This document shows positions 9,537-16,934 of a stretch of 32,000 nt of DNA, piece by piece. Positions within the stretch are counted from its first letter, which is position 1, and each line of letters opens with the position of its first letter. This stretch comes from Sedimentisphaera cyanobacteriorum (GTDB taxonomy: Bacteria > Planctomycetota > Phycisphaerae > Sedimentisphaerales > Sedimentisphaeraceae), in assembly GCF_001997385.1 (NCBI RefSeq), contig NZ_CP019633.1:2010001-2042000 (forward strand), given 5' to 3'. The notes below the pieces were generated by a model. The model was not told where the DNA came from and ran no database searches. It saw only the letters and a program-made list of their open reading frames with translations. Made by a program: the position numbers and the translations under genes.

Positions 9537-11027
9537 TTATATTCTTCCGACCGGTCTCTGGCCGCTGCCGCGCATATTTTTCCTGCCGTCGCCAAGCTCT
9601 TTTCTAACAGATTCGGCCAGTTTTTCAAGCTCTCTAACTATCTCGGGGTGTTCGTTAATAACATTGTTATGCTCCTCGATATCTTCGTTCAGGTTGTAAA
9701 GAGCCTTCTCGGCCCTGCGAAGCTCTCTCGGTCCGGGGAAGCCGTTCTTCCCGGGCTCAACCCCTTCGCAGCCGCGGTATTTATGCGGGAATACCAGCTT
9801 CCAAGGCCCGCGTCTTACAGCATCAAGCTCTTTTTCGTAATAGTAGAAATAATATTTTCGAGGCTCTGCATTTTCCCTGCCTTCAAGCAGGGAGGTAATG
9901 TCAACGCCGTCTATTTTCTTCTCTGGAAGCTTTGCCCCGCTGAGACTGGCAAATGTGGGCAGGATGTCGATAGTCCCTGCGAGCTTATCGCAAACGCTGG
10001 AGGCGGGGATTCTGCCCGGCCATCTCATTATGCACGGAACTCTGCTTCCCCCTTCCCAGCAGTTTGAGCCTTTGCCCTCTCTGAGCGGGTCTGCTGAGCC
10101 GCCATGCTTGCCGTAATTTAGCCAAGGCCCATTGTCTGAGGTGAAGATTACGAGCGTGTTTTCGTCTAATCCGTTTCGTTTCAGAGCTTTGATAATCTCG
10201 CCCGCAGACCAGTCTATCTCCATAATCACATCGCCGTAGATGCCTTTTTTGCTCTTTCCGCGAAACTTATCGCTCACCCCAAGCGGAACATGCGGCATCG
10301 AATGGGGCAGATAGAGGAAAAACGGCTGGGATTTATTCCTTTCAATGAAGTCAACAGCTCTTTTAGTGTACATAGCTGTGAGCTTATTCTGGTCTTGCAT
10401 GGTTCTGATTCTATCGATTATTGTATTGCCCTGCATCACAGGCAGATCGGGTATGCCGATGCGCCATCTGGCTTTGGGGTGGCAGCCGTCTTTGAGGGTT
10501 GTGCCGTCGAAATCCCGCGGCCACATATCATTCGAGTAAGGCAGTCCGAAATACTCATCAAACCCCTGCTGAAGCGGAAGGAACGGATAGCGATGGCCAA
10601 GATGCCATTTGCCGAATATCCCGCAGCGATAGCCTCTGGGCTTTAGCACCTCGGCTATGGTTTCTTCCTTCGGATTGAGGCCTCGGTTTACATGCGGGAA
10701 AAGGGCCTTGTATATCCCGACACGCGGGTGATAGCAGCCTGTCATAAGAGCCGCTCTGGAGGGGCTGCATACGCTCTGAGATACGTGGAAATCGGTAAAT
10801 CTCATCCCCTCAGCGGCCATTTTGTCTAAGTTGGGCGTTTCGAAGCCGTCGGCGCCGTAGCAGCCTACGTCTTCATATCCCTGATCATCTGTGAGTATTA
10901 CAACAAAATTGGGAAGCTTCTCGGACGCATCAGCGGCTGACAAACTCTCTGCAAGCCCTGAAAAGGCCGTTAAAGCTGCAAGCCCTCCGGCGCGTTTTAA
11001 AAATAATCTTCTGTTTAACCGATTCAT
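9537..11027 (-). CDS. S1-family sulfatase (arylsulfatase A-like) with Tat-like signal
   Basis: NRRLFLKRAGG signal. VVILTDDQGYEDVG. CSPSRAALMTG (C-x-P-x-R). The track starts at TTG 11057. ATG 11027 (MNRLNRRLF) is preferred and leaves a 16-nt purine-rich gap after the upstream stop. Confidence 0.9.
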   Translation of the reverse strand: MNRLNRRLFLKRAGGLAALTAFSGLAESLSAADASEKLPNFVVILTDDQGYEDVGCYGADGFETPNLDKMAAEGMRFTDFHVSQSVCSPSRAALMTGCYHPRVGIYKALFPHVNRGLNPKEETIAEVLKPRGYRCGIFGKWHLGHRYPFLPLQQGFDEYFGLPYSNDMWPRDFDGTTLKDGCHPKARWRIGIPDLPVMQGNTIIDRIRTMQDQNKLTAMYTKRAVDFIERNKSQPFFLYLPHSMPHVPLGVSDKFRGKSKKGIYGDVIMEIDWSAGEIIKALKRNGLDENTLVIFTSDNGPWLNYGKHGGSADPLREGKGSNCWEGGSRVPCIMRWPGRIPASSVCDKLAGTIDILPTFASLSGAKLPEKKIDGVDITSLLEGRENAEPRKYYFYYYEKELDAVRRGPWKLVFPHKYRGCEGVEPGKNGFPGPRELRRAEKALYNLNEDIEEHNNVINEHPEIVRELEKLAESVRKELGDGRKNMRGSGQRPVGRI

Positions 11028-11043
11028 TTTAAACTTTCTTTCA

Positions 11044-13131
11044 CTATTCAGCCTCAATAAGCTTTATATAATCAAGCCCGAACATATACCTCTTAACCGC
11101 TTTTGGATTGGCGCCTTTGATCTGCACCTCAATGCTATTCTCTCCCTCACGTATTTCGGCTTTCCCGAGCAGGGTTTCTCTTGCCTTAACTGCCGGATTG
11201 AAAAGATCAAGACCCTCTTTCATAAGCCTACCGTTGACCCTGATATCCACTACAGCGTAGTCTCTTGCCTTCGTCAGGTTTGCGTAAATCTTGAACTTCC
11301 CGCTTTTTTCGCTTTCAAAGCTCAATACAAGCTTTTGATTCGGTTTTCCGTTCTGCCACCAAACCTGCTCGTCCTCGCTCCAGCCGAACCTCGTATTCTT
11401 CTGAACAAATGCCCTGCCTCCTTCGCATCGCACTATCTGCATCCTCTCGCCTTCAATCGCGCCTTCAATATCGATCTGAACCCTTCCCTCTTCGCTTATA
11501 TCAGGCAGAGGCTTGATCGCCTCTTCGGGCTGGGGGTCGAGATTCGAGCTGGAATCTTTCTTGGCATACCAGAACATCACAGGGGCATAATCTACAGTGG
11601 TTTCCGCCCAGTGCCAAAGCTCCATATCGAATTTCAGGCTTTTGCTGAACGGAATTGCGTCCAGAGAGCGGAATCTGCTGTTCACCGTAAACCCGCGCTG
11701 GAAATTGCCCGCCCCGCAGGGCTGAGCGTGGAAGGCAGCGCTGAATTTCGCCGGCCTGCACCATGCATAGCCGTAGTAGTCTTCTGTACCTGTGCCGAAG
11801 TGGGACGGGAAATCTTCGCCGTCGATGTAGATCTTCTCATCGCCCTCGCCCCACCATCTCGGAGCGTTGTTGAAAATCGTGAGCGCATCGCCCACATACT
11901 TGCCCCTGCCGTTTATTGTAATCCAGTTCAGATCGAACGCCCCGTTGGCGGGGTTGTCCTTATTGCTGCGGGTTTTTATATCTTTCCACTGCTTCCATCG
12001 CGAATGGAAGTAGAGCGAGTTTTCGTCCCATTGCCAAGGCTCTGTATAGACCTCTGCCTTCTCGATATGAACAGTTCCGCTGCCGATATTCTCGATAGCG
12101 AGCTGGGCATCGCTTCTGAAAGGCATAATCCATCTGCAATACATCGTTCCATCCTCTTTAACGCCTGCATAAAAGGTCTTGTAGGGATGGAGCTGGTATC
12201 CAGTGGCGAAGAAATCGCCCAGAGGAGCCCATACAGCGGGTTTGCCGTCGAAGCGGATTTTGATAACGGCTCTTCGAAGAGCCTCTGAGACATCCCCGCC
12301 TCCAAGCTTAACTTTAATACCGCTAATGCAGCGGCTGCCGGCTAATGTAATCCGGCTTTTATCGCCCTTTTTCAGCATTGCGCTGAAAGATGCAGCGGGT
12401 TTTGAGCTAAACTTCAACCCTTTTTCCAGCGTTTTCTGCACCTCGCTGATGAGTGCTTTGTTTTTCTCGAGCTGGGCCAAAGAGAACGTCTTTACATCGG
12501 TTCCCTTCGTATATTTTCTGCAGTTGATTATGTAGTAAAGCGCCTCTCCCTCAACAGCTCCTCTGTCTATAAAGGCGCCGGTCTGGTAGGTTATTTTGCA
12601 GCCGTTAGAATATGGGATAGGCAAATAGAGGTTATGGCCGCGCTTTGCGTATTCTGTAGTTTTGGCAACAGAATTGCCCAGAGGTGCTTCTGCGAGATAG
12701 CCTTTGTCGAGGACATCGGCTATAGGGGCTTCAATTTCCGGTTCGCTGCTTCCGTTGAAATAGAACCGCAATGTACCGTTGCTGAATTCGCCTCCGCCCG
12801 GGCCGTGCCAAGTGCTCCAGAATCGCACTACCGCACCGGGGCCTTCGGCATCCATCAAAACGAATTCTTTTCTGCCTTCGTTTTGCTCTGTTCTAATGAA
12901 ATGGCTTCTGTCTTTATTGTCCCACCAGCTCGGGACGCCCTTGTCCCGGGAATCACGGTCGAAGCTGCTGAACTGAAGACACTCATACTCCGGCTCCGGC
13001 CACTGGGCAGTAATACGCGGATTCACCATTTCCTCAAGGAGTGAAGGAAAAGTTACAGTTTCGCTCAGCCCTTTATCAGCTACAATAAGGATGCTGAATA
13101 TCGCAATTGCAGTAAAAAATCGTTTTGACAT
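11044..13131 (-). CDS. secreted DUF2961 / glycoside hydrolase family 172 protein
   Basis: Signal peptide MSKRFFTAIAIFSILIVA. DUF2961 signature WWGEGDEKIYIDGEDFPSHFGTGTEDYYGYAW. AAGGAG (13138-13143) lies 6 nt before the ATG. Confidence 0.85.
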   Translation of the reverse strand: MSKRFFTAIAIFSILIVADKGLSETVTFPSLLEEMVNPRITAQWPEPEYECLQFSSFDRDSRDKGVPSWWDNKDRSHFIRTEQNEGRKEFVLMDAEGPGAVVRFWSTWHGPGGGEFSNGTLRFYFNGSSEPEIEAPIADVLDKGYLAEAPLGNSVAKTTEYAKRGHNLYLPIPYSNGCKITYQTGAFIDRGAVEGEALYYIINCRKYTKGTDVKTFSLAQLEKNKALISEVQKTLEKGLKFSSKPAASFSAMLKKGDKSRITLAGSRCISGIKVKLGGGDVSEALRRAVIKIRFDGKPAVWAPLGDFFATGYQLHPYKTFYAGVKEDGTMYCRWIMPFRSDAQLAIENIGSGTVHIEKAEVYTEPWQWDENSLYFHSRWKQWKDIKTRSNKDNPANGAFDLNWITINGRGKYVGDALTIFNNAPRWWGEGDEKIYIDGEDFPSHFGTGTEDYYGYAWCRPAKFSAAFHAQPCGAGNFQRGFTVNSRFRSLDAIPFSKSLKFDMELWHWAETTVDYAPVMFWYAKKDSSSNLDPQPEEAIKPLPDISEEGRVQIDIEGAIEGERMQIVRCEGGRAFVQKNTRFGWSEDEQVWWQNGKPNQKLVLSFESEKSGKFKIYANLTKARDYAVVDIRVNGRLMKEGLDLFNPAVKARETLLGKAEIREGENSIEVQIKGANPKAVKRYMFGLDYIKLIEAE

Positions 13132-14157
13132 TTAAAACTCCTTAGATAAAAAATTTCTTAGAATAAAATCTGAAGCGCAACTTTTTTCATCGCTCCAGAG
13201 CACTTCATTTGGTGTCCGATATTTTAAACATTTCCTTGGTCGATTATTGATTAAGGCGACAACTTTGTCAAGTTCCTTATCACTAACTTTCTTAAAATCA
13301 GTTCCCTTAGGGAAGAACTGACGAAGCAGGCCGTTTGTGTTTTCATTAGTTCCACGCTGATAAGAACTGTATGGATCAGCAAAGTAGCAGCATAGGCCGA
13401 CTGTTTTTTCCATCTCTTTAAACTGGGCAAACTCCTTGCCATTGTCAACTGTCATCGTTTGACGCTTGGACTTTGGTATCTTCCTGAACAACCTTCGGGT
13501 GGTTTCATTCATGCTCTGGGCACTCTTATCTTTCATCCTGCCAGAGAGCAGATAGCGGCTTGCACGCTCGACAAGTGTCGCAATAAATGAACCGTGTCCT
13601 TTACCGCTGACGCTGTCACCCTCCCAATCGCCGAAGCGATTACGCTTGTCAACAACCTCCGGACGCTCACTGATCGAACGTTTGTTCGGTATCCGGCCAC
13701 GCTTGTCATTACTGCCGTGCTTCTTTCGTCGTTTGCGACGGCCTTGACGCAAAAACTTGTAAAAAACACCGCCGTCAACCTTGTCTCGTTTAACCCAACT
13801 ATATATGGTCAAAGGGCTTACACGCATTTGAATGTCATCTGGATAGTCTATCTCAATGCGGCCTGATATTTGTTCAGGGGACAGATATTTTTTGAGTTTA
13901 CCAATCACATACCGCCTCAGCCGTCCGTTTTCTTCAAGGTGATAAGGCTGTTTGGATTCAGCCCTACGCCTGCGATAATACCGCTGCGCCAGATGAGGCT
14001 TATACTCGCCTGTTGAGCTGATATTACGCGACAGTTCCCTGCTGATCGTACCTTTATTACGACCAATCAGTTTGGCAATATCCGTCATATTTTTTCGTTC
14101 TGAACGCATTTTTAATATGCTTTCCCGTTCATCAATGGTAAGATGTCCATAGCCCAT
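13132..14157 (-). CDS. IS30 family DDE transposase
   Basis: N-terminal HTH GHLTIDERESILKMRSERKNMTDIAKLIGRNKGTISRELSRN. DDE region WEGDSV...TVDNGKEF...NENTNGLLRQFFPKGTDF. The ORF runs through the left IR, and its last 8 codons plus the stop lie in flanking DNA. Confidence 0.92.
   Translation of the reverse strand: MGYGHLTIDERESILKMRSERKNMTDIAKLIGRNKGTISRELSRNISSTGEYKPHLAQRYYRRRRAESKQPYHLEENGRLRRYVIGKLKKYLSPEQISGRIEIDYPDDIQMRVSPLTIYSWVKRDKVDGGVFYKFLRQGRRKRRKKHGSNDKRGRIPNKRSISERPEVVDKRNRFGDWEGDSVSGKGHGSFIATLVERASRYLLSGRMKDKSAQSMNETTRRLFRKIPKSKRQTMTVDNGKEFAQFKEMEKTVGLCCYFADPYSSYQRGTNENTNGLLRQFFPKGTDFKKVSDKELDKVVALINNRPRKCLKYRTPNEVLWSDEKSCASDFILRNFLSKEF
13157..13181. repeat. IS30-family terminal inverted repeat (transposase 3' side)
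   Basis: CTTAGAATAAAATCTGAAGCGCAAC matches the reverse complement of 14434-14458 at 21/25 positions. Confidence 0.6.
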
Positions 14158-14433
14158 TACGATTCCTTAAATAGAGTTCTTTTTTTGTCAAAAAACACTC
14201 TATCGGAAACAACCGTAATGGGTGCTCTTTTTTTACTTTTTAAAAGCAATCGCCATCGCTATAATAGATTATCTTGTTGCAGGGGATAGGGCAATGCTGG
14301 AGAGCAACCCGAGCACCGCAACAATCTATACTGGATAGAGGCGGCTTAACCGCCGCCCTTATTCTTTATCTATCCAGGCAGCTAAAAGCGATAAACTCCA
14401 GCCCGCCACGCGGGCTGATTAAATTAGCGAAGC

Positions 14434-14458
14434 GTTGCGCTTCAAATTAAAATCTAAG
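14434..14458. repeat. IS30-family terminal inverted repeat (transposase 5' side)
   Basis: GTTGCGCTTCAAATTAAAATCTAAG. Its reverse complement CTTAGATTTTAATTTGAAGCGCAAC matches 13157-13181. Confidence 0.6.
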
Positions 14459-14470
14459 TTTTAGTATAAT
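14441..14470 (+). promoter_or_regulatory. possible IS-flank hybrid promoter facing the enolase-superfamily gene
   Basis: TTCAAA (14441-14446, inside the IR), an 18-nt spacer, then TATAAT (14465-14470, in the flank). It lies 115 bp upstream of ATG 14585. Confidence 0.3.
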
Positions 14471-14584
14471 ATACTGTGCGAAAAGCGTTTTTTTTACATA
14501 AAAAATTGGATTCGCTTGAAAAATTTTTATAATTAGCTCGTCAGCAAGGCATTAAAGCTTCCAGCAAGACGATAAGGAGAAAAA

Positions 14585-15775
14585 ATGAAAAGACGTGAAT
14601 TCCTTCAGGCATCCGCCGCTGCAGCGGCTCTTGGGTCTTCATCCGCTGCATCTGCAAAATCACCATCCGAGCATTCGCAGGCTCTATCAGAACACAAAAT
14701 CAGCTCGATACAGTACGACAGGGTAAAGCTGAACTATCCCCGCCATGTAGGGCGAAATTCCCGCCTCGGACACCACGGCAGGGGACCGACAGTCAGCATC
14801 TGCAAAATCCGTACAAACAAAGGCGCAGAGGGTTGGGGCGTGTTCCCGGCAGGCAGAGACAGAGCGGGCTTTCTGAATGATTCGCTAAAAGGCATAAAAA
14901 TTTCAGAGCTTATATCCCCTGCCTCAGGCATAAAATACTCTGCTCCCGAGCAGCTTGATATCGCCCTGCACGACCTTGCCGGCAAGATTCTGGATATGCC
15001 GGTTTACAAGATGCTCGGCGCAGAAGGCCCAGCGAGCACAAACTGCTACAGCGGTATGATATACTTCGACGACCTCGACCCGGAGGACAACCCCGCAGGT
15101 ATAGACAAGGTGCTCGAGAACTGCCGATACGACTACAACTTCGGATACAGGCAGTTCAAGATAAAGATAGGGCGCGGAAAGAAATGGATGCCCGAGAAAG
15201 AGGGTATGCAGCGGGATATTGATGTTACAAACGAGATTGCCAAGGCCTTCCCTTATGCCACCCTGCTTGCTGATGCAAACGATATGTACACTTATCAGGA
15301 CACAATCGAATACCTCAAAGGAATCGGCGATACAGAGCTCTACTGGATGGAAGAGCCCTTCCGCGAAGAGGAAGAAGGCTTCAGGAAGCTAAAAAAATGG
15401 CTCAAGGAAAGCGGCAAATCAACCTTCATTGCAGATGGCGAATGGGGACCTGTTCAAGCGCAGCTCATATCGCTGGCAAAGAAAGGCCTTCTCGACTATT
15501 ACCTCACAGATATTATCGGATTGGGCTTTTCGCCTTGGAGGGATATGATGCCTCGCCTAAAAAAGATGAGCATCCTCGCCTCGCCGCATGCGTGGGGGTC
15601 TATGCTGAAAACATGCTATATCTCCCACCTCTCAAGAGGGCTCGGGAATATCCCCACGATTGAAGGGGTAACCTGCTTTTCCGATGACGTGGATTTCTCA
15701 GGCTTCGAGATTGAAAACGGGAAAATATCCACCCCGGAAACACCGGGCTTTGGCCTCAAACTTCTCAAAAGCTGA
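14585..15775 (+). CDS. Tat-signal enolase-superfamily enzyme (mandelate racemase subgroup-like, acid-sugar dehydratase/epimerase type)
   Basis: Tat motif KRREFLQ with ASA cleavage site. FKIKIGRG (KxK). Metal ligand pattern LLADANDMY, WMEEPF, IADGEW. Candidate D/H dyad YLTDIIG and SPHAWGS. AAGGAG RBS. Confidence 0.8.
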   Translation: MKRREFLQASAAAAALGSSSAASAKSPSEHSQALSEHKISSIQYDRVKLNYPRHVGRNSRLGHHGRGPTVSICKIRTNKGAEGWGVFPAGRDRAGFLNDSLKGIKISELISPASGIKYSAPEQLDIALHDLAGKILDMPVYKMLGAEGPASTNCYSGMIYFDDLDPEDNPAGIDKVLENCRYDYNFGYRQFKIKIGRGKKWMPEKEGMQRDIDVTNEIAKAFPYATLLADANDMYTYQDTIEYLKGIGDTELYWMEEPFREEEEGFRKLKKWLKESGKSTFIADGEWGPVQAQLISLAKKGLLDYYLTDIIGLGFSPWRDMMPRLKKMSILASPHAWGSMLKTCYISHLSRGLGNIPTIEGVTCFSDDVDFSGFEIENGKISTPETPGFGLKLLKS

Positions 15776-16019
15776 TTAAGCCGGAAAAACAAAGAGCATA
15801 ATTCCGCAAATTCCTCTGCGGGGCCAAATAAGTAAGAAACTCCCTGAGGACAAGGCGGAATTGCGGGCTCTGAATGGGCTGAGAGAAAATTGCAAACTGC
15901 AGCGCAGTACTGTGCGCCCCAAGCGGATTGATTCGGCTTTAAAAAGCTTTGCCGGAAAATATTGTCGCACACTTAGAACCGGCAGCTCCCCTTTATCTTG
16001 GCTTTATGCCGAGAAATCG

Positions 16020-16919
16020 CTATATTTTCAGTACGTTTTTGAATTTCTGTTCAATCTCTTCCCTGCTTATTTTCCATGCAATTACCGTAAGCGAAGGACG
16101 CTTGTTTGAAGGCTCTTTTCTGCTGAAAACTTTTCCGCATACAACTTCTATATATTCGAGCTGCCCGTCAAAATTCACATAGCCTTTGAGCCTCAGGATT
16201 TGATTTTTGAGTTTGTCCAAAAGCGATAAGAACTCTTCTCTGCTTACGTTTCCTTCCGGAGTGAACGAAACAGCGATTACATCCTCAGGCGGGGTCATTG
16301 ATATGCCTGCAGATTCTCTTTCAATGCGTTTTGTTTGGATGATATCCTCAGCAAGCCCTCTGCCGTAAGTGCCGAGGGTAATCCTTGCCTGCGGGTTGTA
16401 GTTTCTCACCAGCTTCTCAACAGCTGCAATCTCATCTTCATCTGCGATGTCGGTTTTGGTTATGTTTATTAGATCAGCATACTGCACCTGAGATACAGCA
16501 GGCTTGAGGAAAGGTGCAATTTTGGTGAAGTTTGCCGCATCCACGAGGCATACATTCGCCTTTATCTCAAATCCCTGCTTAAATATCGGTTCTTTCATAA
16601 AGCTTTCAATATCGCACGACTCCGCTATGCCGGTAGCCTCGATTATAAGTATATCTGTATTTGCCTGCTCCCTGATTTGGGTAACGGTTTTGATGAAATC
16701 CGTTTTTGTGCAAACGCAGAAAACGCTGCCTTTGTTGATTTCGTAAAGCGGGAAAGAGTGGTTTTCCAGAAGTTTGCCGTCAACGCCGATCTTCCCGAAT
16801 TCATTGATTATAAGCGAGATTCTCTTATCCCTGAACTGTTCGCTTTTCAGGATTGAGTTCAGGGCGGTGGTTTTTCCCGCCCCAAGATACCCTGTTAAAA
16901 CATAAACTGAAACTGCCAC
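16020..16919 (-). CDS. COG0523/CobW-family G3E GTPase (metallochaperone-type)
   Basis: P-loop LTGYLGAGKTT, INEFG and IIEATGIAE. The metal motif reads FCVCT instead of the canonical CxCC. CobW_C-like LRLKGYVNF. GTG start with AAGGAGG 6 nt upstream. Confidence 0.85.
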   Translation of the reverse strand: MAVSVYVLTGYLGAGKTTALNSILKSEQFRDKRISLIINEFGKIGVDGKLLENHSFPLYEINKGSVFCVCTKTDFIKTVTQIREQANTDILIIEATGIAESCDIESFMKEPIFKQGFEIKANVCLVDAANFTKIAPFLKPAVSQVQYADLINITKTDIADEDEIAAVEKLVRNYNPQARITLGTYGRGLAEDIIQTKRIERESAGISMTPPEDVIAVSFTPEGNVSREEFLSLLDKLKNQILRLKGYVNFDGQLEYIEVVCGKVFSRKEPSNKRPSLTVIAWKISREEIEQKFKNVLKI

Positions 16920-16934
16920 AGCATTCCTCCTTAA

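Larger units (their letters stand above)
13157..14458 (-). mobile_element. IS30-family insertion sequence (about 1.3 kb), apparently intact
   Basis: Intact IS30-type transposase bounded by 25-bp imperfect inverted repeats (21/25 identical, inner 11 nt perfect). TTT lies on both outer flanks. Confidence 0.7.

Noticed and set aside
15776-16019. The convergent intergenic region between the enolase-superfamily gene and the COG0523 gene, examined for terminators.
   Set aside because: Only weak 4-5 bp stems are present (CCGCA...TGCGG, GCGCA...TGCGC), with no adjoining T-tracts. I cannot call a terminator there.
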